Source of the DNA: Phoronis australis
Taxonomy: Eukaryota > Animalia > Phoronida
Assembly: GCA_002633005.1 (NCBI GenBank)
Contig: NMRA01000003.1
Location: 1,361,587-1,425,586 of the forward strand
Length of the DNA stretch: 64,000 nucleotides
Reading direction: 5' to 3'
Shown here piece by piece: positions 1 to 12,719 of the stretch. The notes under the pieces are model-generated. The model searched no databases. It worked only from the letters and a program-made list of their open reading frames with translations, and was not told where the DNA came from. The translations under genes and the position numbers were made by a program. Every line of letters starts with the position of its first letter. Positions within the stretch are counted from its first letter, which is position 1.

Positions 1-281
1 GTTAGAACGTTTTCACTCTGTCTTTTGTTGCATGGATAGACTAGACATGTCAGAAGAACAGTAATTTATGCAGATTTTTTTCTCTCAAACAATTTGTTTT
101 AACTTCATCACAGACTGTGACTTAAACACAGACAGAGACATCTGTGGACAACATCCTGTAAGTAACAATGGAACCCACTAAACAAGGCATATTAAACATT
201 GAATAACTTGAACTAACAGCAATTACGTAGAAATGCAAATGCATAAGAGATCCACAGAAGCTTGTACTGTGTGGTGTATAC

Positions 282-3200
282 CTTTCACAAGCAGCTGCCG
301 GGTCACTACTGCCTGACGACACTGTGTCTGTTGGTTCCTGGTCCTCATCAGACTCCCAGCCACCCAAAGCTCGACCAACAACCCTCGCTGCAAATACAAG
401 GGAGTTCCACATAATAAAAGCAGTATCAAGAATTTACTTGGTTAATGATACACTTTCAATGATAAACTTAGAAGCAGTCTGTCATCAGATTAGCAAGTTT
501 GACCATAACAACAAGCCGATATAAACTCATGTTTCATCCAAGAAGCAATCTTTTGAGTTAGATCACTTAACAGGTCTCAACACCATCCTCACCCATATGA
601 AAAGTGAATTCTCGGAATGCAAAGAACTAAGAATTTACTATGACACGCCCTGTCAAGCCAACTTGAAGAGCCTGATTTCAAGCAATAACGAAATATCAGT
701 TCTTTCAAAGAATTAAAATCACCTTTAATTTGACTAAGGAACAACTTGAGACTAATTCTATAACAGCAAGCCGTCTAATGTCCCATCCATACTGCTCTAG
801 AACAATTTGCACTAGTGCCCCACTCTTAAGTGGAGCATCCACACACACATATCCAATAACTAGGGTAAGGCGGAAGATGTCGTCCAGTACATGACAATAA
901 ACAACTAAATGCAAATAAGAGGCGCAAAACAAGATCAGTCAGTATGTAATCGCAGCTGATAATTACTTCCGCTTTACCCCACGTTTGCAACCACACAGCT
1001 ATTGGAAGAGGCGTAAGTTACCCTAGAACAAGTTACCCCACCTCGATAATGTGGAGTAAGTTCTCACAAGTGGGGTAAGTTGCACTAGTTTAAATAGCGT
1101 CCATACAGCAGTCAAACCTATAGTGACAACTCGTTCCAGGACTAAATTTTTCTGTAATTCTGTGTGTGGATGGAACTTAAATAAACTTTTGGAGGTTGGA
1201 AGGAAGGTTTATAGCTGCTTAAAGTAAAAAGACGACTACCTTTCTTACGCCTAGATGTTCGTTGCTGTTGCTGCTGCTGCTCCTGCTGCTGCTGAAGTGG
1301 TTGACTTGACCCACTGTGTGCCATCAGTTGAGCAGGATTATACAGGCCAATGTTAGTCTGTGTCTTCTCAACATTAAATGTCCTGTTATCTCCCGAGTCA
1401 ATAACCATATCAGCCAGGCTCTGAAGACCAGACACAATGCTACTACCTACTGTTTCTGCAACAAGAAAAAGTAAGAGAATGTTAAAGCTAAAGAAATAAC
1501 ATGGCTAAATGATCGAGTGGCCAGGTATATGAATGTTGAAGAAGTTAAATCCAAGTTGTAGCCAAATATGATGCTGGGAGAGTTGCATTATGCACTGTGA
1601 GGGCTAACTAGTTGTCTCAAATGGCTAAATGCCTGCATACTGACTATGTTATCCGTTAGTCACCACAGTGGAACCCACTATGAGTGCCGAGGCCATAAAA
1701 CTCACAAGCGTGAAGATGTCACAGGCTACTACTTCATTGATGTTGTTGTTGCTGATGCTGCTGCTGTAGTTGTTGTTGCTGCTACTGCTGCTGTTGTTGT
1801 TGTTGGACTAAATTCTCAACAACTCCGCTTATAGTGAACCGATTTTGAAAATTCAAAGACAGCAACACTTATTGTTCAAGTTTGAAAACAGTTACAGCTA
1901 GTTCCCTAGTTAATGACAGGTGCTTACTGTTTACCACGGTATTAACGACCAGTCCTGCGCACTACACATCAACCAGCCCAGTTGATTCTTTGATGCAGTG
2001 ACAGGCAAGATAAAATACAAAGGGGATATCTTATCACTTTTCAACAATATCATCAACGTGGCCTGTTATTCGCACCATGCGTTGCCTTACTTTGAGTAGA
2101 ATACCAAGTGCTTCCAAAGCCAGGCATTGTCTGAGATCTCCCGCTGCCAATACCCATCATAGGAGCCGCTGAAGTTTGACTTGGTCTAGTTTGACTGTCT
2201 AAATCAAACAATATCTGCAGCAGCTCATTGGCTGCTTGTCTGACAGACATATATGGTGCATTGCCCCGCAGTGCATCAGGAGGACCACTAAAGCCTGTAA
2301 ACAACAAGCACACTGCATCAGTATAGTGACATAGCACAGAGCAGTGAGAAACAGCACTGTATACTGTAGTCCAGCAGGACTATACAGTAGGGCACAGCAC
2401 AGCACAGTGTAGTTCACAGCACCACAGCACAGTGCAACAACGGAGATTTTCCATTATCATTACTGTTCCCTTGCTGTAAATGTGCAATTCAGGGAACAAC
2501 AGCCCAGCAAAAGGCCTGCATTTTGGTTCTGCTTTAAACTTCATTGAACACAAACAACTGACACACACTACTTACGACATTATGTTTGGTCAATGGAAGG
2601 GAGTGCAGAATCAAGAGACTGTTTGTGATGCTGTTCACATCACTTTTTATTGTCTCATAGATAGCAAATACACACCAGGGTAACAACGACTAACGCAGGA
2701 AAATATACTTTCAAAATAACCAGGGATCTGCAGTTTTACTAGAATTGTGTTCTCCTTTAAGTCTTCCAGTTGAGACAACAGTGAGAACCCATAGCAATAG
2801 AAGGTAATCACTTATTTAGAGACGTTTCAGGTTAGATGCAAACATTTCGGCCTGGTCGGCCACGCCTTTAACGATGAGTGAGGAGTTTCCCGCGGATTAA
2901 GTATGTTAGAATACACGGGAGGTAAGTGTAAACCTCAGTTCCGGTTCAAGAGAGGGTGCTGAGTACTGATATTTATGGATTCATTTAACTTGCGAGCATA
3001 ATAATTCTGTTCTTTGGCTAAGATCTTAGACGATTCAAGGGAGATAAAATGTCCAGTAGCCAATATGTGTTCCCCCACAGCTGTGGGTCTGTCTAATTTC
3101 TGGTGTTCTTTGAATCTGGTTAGGAACGGTCTCTTGGTTTCTCCAATATAGGTGTGGTTGGGATCCTGGTCACATTTCAGCTGGTAAATGACCCCACATT

Positions 3201-6200
3201 GTTTTCCCATCGCAGTTGGGTCTTTGGGTGTGACTAGAAAGGATCGAAGAGTGTTGATGGGTTTCATATATGAAGAAATTCCGTGGGTTCTGTAAGTGTG
3301 TTGTAGGCAATCAGACAGACACTCCTTTTATGTATGGGATGGCGACAGAGGAACCATCGAGTTTTTCAGTAGGTTTACGACTTGGGGGGTCTGTGAGCAT
3401 CCATTCCTGGTATCCATTAGCTCGCAAAGCATTTTCAACATGGTCAACTTCTTCAACATAGTCTTGGTAGTCAGTGATGTAACAATCAGTTCTATCCAGG
3501 AGGGTACGGGAGACAGAATGTTTGTGTTTTAAAGGGTGGTTGGATAAAAACTGAAGGTATTGGTCCGTGTGTGAGTGTGGGTTTCCTGTGGATGGTAACT
3601 TTGATGCAACGATTATCGACTACATGTACACATAGATCCAAGAACGTTGATCAGAAATGTCTGTGTCTAACCTGAACCGTCTATAAGTAAGTGATTATCA
3701 TCAATTGCAATGCCTTTATAGACCAATGATCAACTTATTATCCACGGTGAGAACACAATCAACACTTTGTAATGATAAGGATGTCACCTTGAGAAAAATG
3801 CAACCAAAAATGATTGTATCAGTCAGTATACGTACCAGAACACTGTTGGATGATTGCTGACTTTTTGCGAAGATCATTTCTGAAATCTGAATGCCCACCT
3901 TGAACTAATTCTTTCATCACTCGAAGCACCTACAGGGTAGAACCAAGTCCAAAAGTTACAAGAGCAACACAAAGCATTTTGACAAGCGCCAACCATGCGC
4001 ATCGCAAGGGTAAAGACAAAGGGTGCTCAGATGCAACGGTAATTTCTCACTAGAGGGTGCAACAGAAGTCAAATCTGTCCAAATACCAAAACCAGTTGTG
4101 GATTCCTCAATAGGAGCCCATTATATGCTAAATTTTATGAAGATCCATCAAAGAACTTGGTAAATGTTCAGGAAAACGCAAAGAAATGTAAACTTGGAAA
4201 TAAAAGGACCACCAGGTGGTGCAGCATATGTTGAATCCGTTCAAAATTCAAAAGGCGTCATCACTGTCTCAATAGAAACCAATTTGCCAACTAGTTTCAT
4301 GAAAATCTTTCAAGAAACTTGGAAGATACAGAAAGAAATTTAAAAAAATAAAATTGCCACAAGGAAGCACAGCGATATCGTGTCCATCTGAAAGTCGTCG
4401 CCATCTGTTGTTACTTTCAAAAGAACACACTTACCAGATTTCAAAGACCTTGCCAGGGGTTAATGGAAACCTATTTTCCAAATTTCATGGAAATCCATCA
4501 AGGAACACTAAGAAACAGAGACAAAAATAGAAAACTAAAATATTCACAAGTGTGCATATTGGTAGTTGGGTCAGTCTGAAAGTCGTTGAATGTCATCAGC
4601 TTCACCTTCCAAATTTAATGACAATCCTGCAGGGAGTTTAGGGGATACCGCAGCGAATGCCCAGTGCCCAAATGACAGTAATATGCGACTACACATGGGT
4701 GCATAAAATCACTAGTTTCACAGAATGATTATGTAATTAATTTTAGCCAATGTTTCCTTTGTAATGCAGTAATTGCCCTGTTCCACTTGAAAGGAACTTG
4801 GATAAGTGCTCATAAGGAGACTTGATGATTCCAGGGTTACTTGTACAAATTTATACACCTTATTCATGCAGTCGGTCCCCTATTTTTAAATTGAGCCTCT
4901 TTTTAGGTAATAAAAACAATGCATTCTGCACTTCAACACAGTCCAAAGCGTGATTTTTTCCGTGTCTCAAATGCATTGTTTTTTAAACCTAAAAAGAGGT
5001 TCACTGTTAAAATGGTGACTGCCTGATTAAGTACAAAGTTCCGGGAAATAGGCGAATTTTCTAATGCGTGCATACTTATCCAAACCACACTCTGTAATGA
5101 CAGATAGCAGCAACAACAAAACAAAAACAAAGATCTAGTATCCTTTTTATTTGGGAAGTACCTTGAAATGTAACTAACTTGTATTCATGTCATTTTTGAT
5201 TCCCTCATTGACACCCACCTTAAGCCTGACAAATGGAGACTTGTGCTGTAATCTGTCTAGCAAATAATCCAACAAGCACTGGGAAGCACCATCAGACTCG
5301 TGAGAAATTTCTGAAAAAATAAACAACAACTATAACACTTATATAGCGATGTAGAATGTAAGATTCATAAAGGACTGTTAATGCCAGATTTGGCAACGAA
5401 ATGAACATGAATGGCTTAGTTTGAAAGTTTGAATATAAAAACTAATATAGACCAAATGGCATCTGATTGCAGTTTTAATAAACATGTAAACAACTTCTGA
5501 CGCATCTATAATATAATTATGTGAAGTGATTTAATCCTTATTTAACAAAATGAAATTTTCCACAACTGCTTGTTGTTAGTGCCTTTATATAGTGACACAT
5601 AATGCACTCTAAAGACGTAACTGACAACTGCTTGTCGCAAATTTCTCAGGGAAGTAATCTCAAATCTTTAGAGGTGAAAATGAAATCTATAATTATTCTA
5701 GCATTTTTCTGATGAATAGCTATTTAGTGGATCAACCGGAAATAACAACACTTGAATTTGTGAGCGAGAACAGTTAAAGGGGGTTTAATCCTGATATCAA
5801 ACACATGGAAGCTTTAACAAAAAACAAATAGTAGGTACTTTGAAGCAGTGTTGACAAAGTTAAAAATACAGTTTTCTAACAAAGAATTTCACAGGCTAAG
5901 TTTCATTGCTCACTGTTTATTTCACTGTATAAGTAAGGTGGTGTAGGTTGTTCGTCCTCTGCAGTGGCCTTCACAAGCACAGCAATCTGCAAAAAACAGA
6001 ACATTTTGCTACACATACAGCATAATTATCTGCAGCTGCGGTTTGGTCTCATGGTTAAATCAGAAATATATAATTATCATTACATGAAAATTATATCATT
6101 AGGGTTTTCTTGAATTTATAGCTTGTCCAATACAGGGATTGTCTTATTTGTTTGCTTATTTCAACACTTAATTATTGTTTATCTAATTATTTTGGCACAT

Positions 6201-8564
6201 GACTTAATATTACAGTATATTAAGACAAAAGTTACCAGTTACGAAAGGCTACATTAACAATGAAGTCAGCTTCCACTCAGCCATCATGATGGGGGAATTC
6301 CGAGTACTTTTGTCTAAATACTTTTGGCAATGCACTGTATATAAGATAGACCAATATGGAAATAAGTAACCAATTTGTGTCATTCGCACAATCACACATC
6401 AAATATCCGTTGTAATGTGTATGTCTCTCTGACTATCTCTATCAACTTTGTGTTGTGTTGTGTTGTATAGCACTGGTACTCGGCAATTTTTTAAACAACT
6501 CTGTTACTGTGTCATAGATTTTGGTTTTAGTGTCTTTTTTGAACACTACACTGAGGTCACATTTGTTAATCGTTTGACATAAAATTTCCACACAACACAT
6601 TCAGTACCTCCAGGCCTATTGTTTTCTGAGGACATCAGACACAAGGTGGCTCTATGGATATTTCTGAAACTTGGTGTTTGAATAAATTTTGTCAAGAGCT
6701 ATCTGGTGTGAGGCATCTGATGATGGCATTCTCCCGTTCAGTGACAGTACCAAAGGTAGAGGGTTGTGAGTGTGTGATAACATCTAGCTCCTTTATTAAC
6801 TGCCAAGCACAACCTTTCCTCTGGTATGACAACAGGCAGGCCAATTATCTACCAGGCTTATTATAGATCACATGTGAACACAAGTAAAACTTGAACCCAG
6901 AGAGAATTGGTACGTTTAGAAAGAATAGATTGTCGTGACTTCGGTTGTAGTTGGGTGATTTTGGCGATTCAAAAACTAAACACATTCAGCATTTGACAAG
7001 GAATTCAGAAATGCTATTGGTTTATGTTCAAATATGTTATAACTTAATTTTTATTCTAACAGCACAGCCCAGTCAGGTTAGATATGATCTTATTGGAGAT
7101 TAGAGCAATTATCGCACAGAGAGCTGGCGCTCCAATCATGAATGTCAGAATGGAGTTAATCATTCGTGTAAGATATTTGCTATAGGGGTCATATCTTCCC
7201 AACTTGTTGTTGGGCTATAGAATCGAACAAGTTGGGATCAATGGTAAAACACTGTAATGGTTTCTCAATAACTTCATCGGCGTTCTGTCGTTCAGCAACT
7301 TTTCCACACGTAAGGGGTTTTGAATGTGCGATAACATCTGGCTCCTTTGTTAACTGCCCAGCACAGTCTTTTGTCCCATATGCCAAAAAGCAGGCAAATT
7401 ATCTCCCAGGCTTCAAAGGGCAACTGCATGAAACCTGGCAGAATGGATTGTCTTAACTTCTGTTGAACTTGGGCGGCTTGGTGATTCAAAAACTAAACAT
7501 GATCAACATTTGACAAGGAATATGTTCAAATTTAATATGTTATAACTTAACTTTCATTAGCAGCACAGCCCAGATCAGGCTAGATACGATCTAGTGATCG
7601 GAGATACAGAGCAATTTGTTGAATAAAAGTCGAGACCTGGCCCTCCAACCATAAATGCCAGAATGGAGTTAATTAGTCATGTAAGATATTGGCTACAGGG
7701 GTGATCTTCCCAGCTTGTTGTTGGGCTACAGAATCTAACAATTAAGTTTGGAGCAATGGGAAAACGCCGTAATGTAATACTGTAATAGCGCTTTTGAACT
7801 ATTCGGGATTACGCTTAAACCTGGCTAAACTATTCAAGTGGTCATCCCAGTAAGCCCTCAATAGGTTGGAAGCTTTTCGTCGAATTATGCACCACATTTA
7901 TGTAAATCATTAAAATCATGTTGCTATCATTAGTTTGTACTCATAGACATAGAAGGACACGGAGTACCCACTTAACGTAGCTCATCCCAGATTGATTAAA
8001 TATAGGCAATTACATCACCCAGCATGCCACAGGCAACCTAACGTACCTACTGAGGGACTATGTGTTGCGTAGATCAAATAGTCCCGTCGTCCCGGCATAA
8101 GCATCGTAAAAATGGCCAGTTGCCAATTAGGCCTGAATTAGGGCAACTGAACGACTGCAAAAGGGAATCATGGTTCGAACGAAATAGTTAAAGTCAAAGA
8201 CATCAACGGCCTCCTATGCGCTAAAGATATTTTAGCAACATTGTTTACTTAGTATGAGTCATAATTCGTGGAAAAGCTTCCAGCGTATGGAGGGCCTATG
8301 GGAGTATGGGATGGCCACCGTCGGCGTCAGCCGTTGACGTTGTCACTGACGTCCCCTCAGCCAACATGAATCCATTCAATGTTCAGATGGATCCAGTGTG
8401 TGTGCACGAACAGGCAACAAAATTGACCAATTAGCAACCAGCATACTGCATGGTTTTCTAAAGTTTAACTGTGGGCGCATCTCCCATTATCTACATGCAC
8501 TTACATGTGCTGCAAAACCAACTTTATCCATCAAACTTGCAAACACCTTCTTGGCTTCCGCCAT
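282..8564 (-). CDS. TEPSIN: Tepsin / AP-4 complex accessory subunit (ENTH-domain protein), 5' part; gene probably continues past the left edge
   Basis: Phase-consistent GT-AG exons: 8564-8505, 5986-5914, 5310-5219, 3929-3836, 2294-2091, 1455-1249, 387-282. Translation: MAEAKKVFASLMDKVGFAAH-IAVLVKATAEDEQPTPPYLYSEINKISHESDGASQCLLDYLLDRLQHKSPFVRLK-VLRVMKELVQGGHSDFRNDLRKKSAIIQQCSGFSGPPDALRGNAPYMSVRQAANELLQILF...GRALGGWESDED. This matches my recollection of the tepsin ENTH domain (T.DD..P.PGY...EI.KISHES.G..QCL..YLL.RL; F.GPPD.L.GN..Y..VR.AA). Exons downstream of 282 are unresolved. Confidence 0.9.
1261..1293 (-). repeat. CAG/CAA repeat encoding a polyglutamine tract in tepsin exon 6
   Basis: The plus strand reads (tgc/tgt)n; the translation is QQQQEQQQQQQ inside exon 1455-1249. 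Confidence 0.85.
1738..1805. repeat. Degenerate (GTT/GCT)n microsatellite, intronic
   Basis: tgttgttgttgctgatgctgctgctgtagttgttgttgct... is seen directly. Confidence 0.8.
2305..2435. repeat. Degenerate pentamer (AGCAC-like) microsatellite
   Basis: Repeated cagca/cagcac/cagtg units next to the tepsin exon 5 acceptor. Confidence 0.7.
2935..3645 (-). mobile_element. Penelope-like retroelement fragment (RT thumb plus GIY-YIG endonuclease), degenerate, in tepsin intron 4
   Basis: The minus strand gives FLDL...RKPT..THTDQYLQFLSNHPLKHKHSVSRTLLDR...LRANGY and GVIYQLKC...YIGETKRPFLTRFKEH...AVGEH...GH...RKLNESINI...LLNR. These are typical PLE motifs, broken by frameshifts. Confidence 0.9.
3958..4660. 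mobile_element. Non-autonomous repeat with about four internal sub-repeats (AA.TTTCATGAA.ATCC motif)
   Basis: The motif recurs near 4130, 4294, 4481 and 4609; the element begins ACAAGAG. Family not assigned. Confidence 0.5.
6720..7775. mobile_element. Dispersed ~1 kb repeat with an internal ~500 bp tandem duplication; a second, inverted copy lies at 44714-48036
   Basis: 6720-7270 is repeated at 7275-7775 (e.g. gattcaaaaactaaaca and agaatggagttaat...gtaagatatt). Reverse-complement matches lie at 44716-44880, 46740-47075 and 47710-48030. Confidence 0.75.
7868..8290. repeat. Degenerate palindromic ~420 bp element in tepsin intron 1, related to 17100-17520
   Basis: Arm ends ggaagcttttcgtcgaattat (about 7868) and ataattcgtggaaaagcttcc (8261) are inverted. 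8110-8290 aligns by eye to 17335-17520. Confidence 0.55.
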
Positions 8565-10412
8565 TTTCGTCTGCATGGGACGCAACTGACACCTGGTGAA
8601 TAGAATGCTCATTACTGCGCAGTCGAGCACCGTGACGGATGCTAGTATCGAGGTTGTACCGGGCGCCGTAACAATTTGGGACACCAAAATTCAAGCATAA
8701 ATTAAATTTGCTTGATTCTGAAGCTTGTCTTTCAGAATACCATAAATTTCTCAGATTTCTTCATAGGAATTGTATCATGCAAACTTTATCAAGAGACTCC
8801 TCAATCGGCATTCCAATATCTGAAACTAACAATTATTAATGAAATTTGGTGGAGCTAGGAAACAGAAAATTTGTGTTGACAAAAATTTGCCTGAAAAAAT
8901 TTCACATAATTTTCACGTCAGGGTCAGCCGTTGGCATGACGCCGGACTCTGCTTACGGAGCTGAAGTGTATTCATGCCCCCGGCGATTTCAACATGCTAT
9001 ATAAAGACGTGCAGTGCAGCTAGTGAAAATGATTTAAATGACTAAGTGATGTCCCTACCATTCTGTATACACCAATATGATCTGGACAGATTTTGAAGCG
9101 GCTGCCAAAACTGTCATGATGATGAAAATGTGTTTATATATCATTAATGATAAACAAGTACAAATCACACAAATAATATACCCCTTCCTTCACACCTCAG
9201 GAAATATCTGTTATGCTGCATGGAGTTAACGTGAACATTATTCCCATTTCCCAGCAAAGCTGTCATACACAAAAATTTTATACGCAATTAAATTTTCAGC
9301 ATTATAGTACTCACATAGTAAAAAACCGTTGTCATCGGTGAATAAAGATATAATGTTTTTGTGGCATGCGTTACCAAAGTCACATTCTGAAGGCGTGGAA
9401 ATCAGCAACCAACGTTTTTTTTTTCGGTAAACAAACTGACCAAGTTCACGGGTTAGCTTCCTCACGTTAATAGAGACTGAATCTGTTTTCTCAGTCAACC
9501 ATACTCGAGAACCCGGCATGACTCGACTTTGCGTAAAGTGCAAACGCGCATTTTAAAATGTACCATATATCCTCGAATATTTGCTAAGCCTTAGTGCCCC
9601 GCGGTTGGATGAGTAATAGTTCAAATTAGGTCTATCAAAATGATGATGTCTATCTCATTTTGACGTAATTGTTTGCAATATTTTTGCCGCGGTGGTCAGG
9701 TCATTTGCTTTAAGGAAAAGCAAACCACTGTTTAACTAAAAAGTCCACCAGTATTTATTAATTTAAGTTCAGCTATTCTGTCTTTTTTAAAGTTCCACAA
9801 TTAAAGTACACTCAACAGGCTAGCAGCAGGATCTCAAAAAATGTATTTCCCAGACCATCATCAGTCCGAGTTGTAGGTCAGGTTTGTAGTGGTAGTCAAA
9901 ATTTCTTTGCCAGAACGATGTTTTCAGAGTGACGAGACTTAATTGTGCCAAGACCACGTCAGCATGCCTCTAGTTATACGAAATATTCATTACCGTAAAA
10001 CCTTTGACTGTATAACTTTGTATTCCCCGGGGTTTATGCCGTTTTTGCAGAAATGAAGGCCGCGGCCACGAGGACCGAGCACCAGTCCGGCGCACGCGGA
10101 AACACTCTACTCAAGTCAGTGCACTGTTTTTTAGTCCCCGCTTTACCACAGAGTGCACCCACTGAGACAACCCCCTCATCGTGAGAGCTGGAACGTGTTA
10201 CCAACAATGACCAATAAGCGGATTTAATGGGGGGGGGGGGGNGGGGGGGGGTCGGAAACGACCTGGCTGAAAAACCGCGATGTAGCAAATCGCATTTTAT
10301 CTAGGCCGGCTCATACGTAGCCACTTTCCATAGAAACTAAAGTGACATCCTTACGAAACTCTCTTATCACTCGGATGTTTTACTGGCAATGGCATCAAGT
10401 GCCTGATATACC

Positions 10413-10700
10413 ATGCGCGCACCCCGCAGCCTTTAATATGGGGGACTCCGTCAAATTCCTGACGATGTGGACCTTTTGCTAACAAAAGAGTGTGTGGACT
10501 AAAAAAACGGTACCGCCTTCAGAGCTGTGAATTGTTCGTTTGCGCCTTTTTAGTAGACTTTGTCTCGTTTTCTCGGATGTTTCAGTTGTTCCTCTGAGGC
10601 GGCCGGGGACCTTTTTCACCCACTTCGCCAACTTGAACTAAGTGGGGGGGGGGGGCTCGTTAATTAGAACACCCTGAGTCCCCCCCCTGGATGCGCGTAT
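10413..10700. mobile_element. MITE (CATGCG-ended, hAT-like), copy 1
   Basis: Ends catgcgcgcaccc...ggatgcgcgtat; the internal sequence is the reverse complement of 11243-11500. Confidence 0.65.
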
Positions 10701-11242
10701 TTATACTACCTTGTAACTACAGTCATATTTTTTGTGTAGTAAGGTATAAAAATATTTTTTCACCGTAGCCAAAAATGTGATAATGGCTGAGGTGGACAAG
10801 TTCCAAGGCTATGCTAAGTGAGCTTTTAAACGCAGTGTCGATCATCCGAGTCATTCAGCTATCATTTTTTACCCCAAACCTTGCTTTGTGGGTAATACAG
10901 CAGCCGTTTTCAATACAAAACAATCGACAAATGACAGTTGGTTACATTCATGCAATCAAGCTTCAGCACGCTCAGAGTGCATGTGTTAAAATCAACGCAA
11001 ATGACCGGAGTTGAAAGTCAGTAAAACACTTTTTGTACAATAGACAGCTGGTGGACACTGCGATGCCTTGACAAAATTGCGAATTCACCTGTTGTGACAT
11101 CAGCCCAATTGAGATGAAACAAAAATAATTTTGAGTTCATTGACAGGCTGATAGCATGGTGGCAGAGTCGAGGCTTGCGACATGATGTGGATACAAAGAT
11201 CGAATCTCCGTGAAAGAATTGCAACTCTACGAAAAGAATTGT

Positions 11243-11500
11243 CATGCGCACCCAGGAGGTGGAGGGGGCTTCAATGAGCCACCTCCCATTTTACGAAGTT
11301 GGCAAAAAGGTCCGCCTTGGAGAAACAAGAAGTCCGAATAACAAACGAGACAAAAATCCACTAAAAAGGCATAAACGCACAATTCACAGCTCCGAATGTG
11401 ATACTGGTGTTTTTTTTTAGTCCTACCGCTTTTTCATTAGTAAAAAGGTCCACATCGTTGGCAATTCGAGCTCCCTTATTAAAGGCTGGGTGCACGCATG
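11243..11500. mobile_element. MITE (CATGCG-ended, hAT-like), copy 2, inverted relative to copy 1
   Basis: Ends catgcgcaccc...gggtgcacgcatg, flanked by aattgt on both sides (TSD-like). Confidence 0.65.
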
Positions 11501-12719
11501 AATTGTTAAACAACTTATTGAATCCATGATGTTGATTTGTAACACCATAATTTTTTCAAATATCATACAATAATTATTGTTATCCAGTGTAAGATTTACT
11601 GAACACAAGTAGATATTGTCATGCACCAGTACAATGACTTGTTATAACTGTATTAAACATCAAAAGTCAATGTTTCAGAAAATGCCAAAATGATTTTTTA
11701 AATCTAATTAATTAAATGCTTCAATACAAAGACATTTTTGAGGCAAGGAATGCATTTCACATCAAAATTTAACAAGGTATGTACACCTTTTGAACATACT
11801 ACATGGGCAGCGCACCATAGGGGGCTGGCCCACTTATTTCAGTGCTGTGCCGCGGTGTGGGCGGTGCACTACAGGGAGGCTGGGAGGCTATAGCCCCCCA
11901 CTTTTTTCAGAGCTGCCCCGCCCATGTTCTAATAGTACAGACAGCCACCATCACACAGCTCCACCTGTCAACTTGCTTCTGAAGTTAAAATGAACTACAG
12001 GAGCAAGAACACATGTCTTCAGTTGTTGACAAGTGATCCAAACCACCTAAATATGTAGATAAAATGCAAATAAATGTTACACGAGAATCCAGCAAATGAA
12101 ACAGATCCTTGATGACAAATCTATCTAAAGAATCTTTTAAGGTCACAAAAATTAATTACTTCGTCTAATACTACATATAATGCCTTAGCCTTGCTTTCGC
12201 AAACGCATTAACTCAAGCAGAACAATTGAGTAAACAGAGCATTTCTTGACTAAAACCTGTAATATACACACCTACACCAGGGGTCAGTTTCATGTAAAGA
12301 GACTTAAGACTAACACATTACTGCCTGGAAATAAATTGCACAGATTTTTTCAAAAATTAATACTTATGGGTATTTTCTCATATACTTTCCTCTTTTGCTA
12401 CAGTGAGTTTAAATTGTATTTCAGAAATATTCACCAGGAGTGCAAGACCTAATTTCTTAAATCACTTTCATGAAAAGGGGCTCAGCTACTATTACCCCTG
12501 GTCTTTCATTGAACAGCAAAGTACAAACTTGTTAATATGTATAAAATGTTTTGTGTGTATTATAGAAAAATAAAAAGAGCCAGTTCATAAAACGTTACAT
12601 TACACCTTCATACAACATGTTTCTAAGAAATTAACTAATCCCTTTCCAGTATTTCATATCTGCATCTAAATTCAGTCATTCGATGTCATTCTACATGTAC
12701 AAAGTTAACAGGAATCGAG

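Noticed and set aside
2810-2885. Hammerhead in the first Penelope-like fragment
   Set aside because: A ggcc/ggcc stem and GAAA are present on the minus strand, but there is no recognisable CUGANGA core.
10229-10251. Poly-G tract as a functional G-quadruplex
   Set aside because: It contains an N (10242), so its length is unreliable; such tracts are common in the local MITEs.
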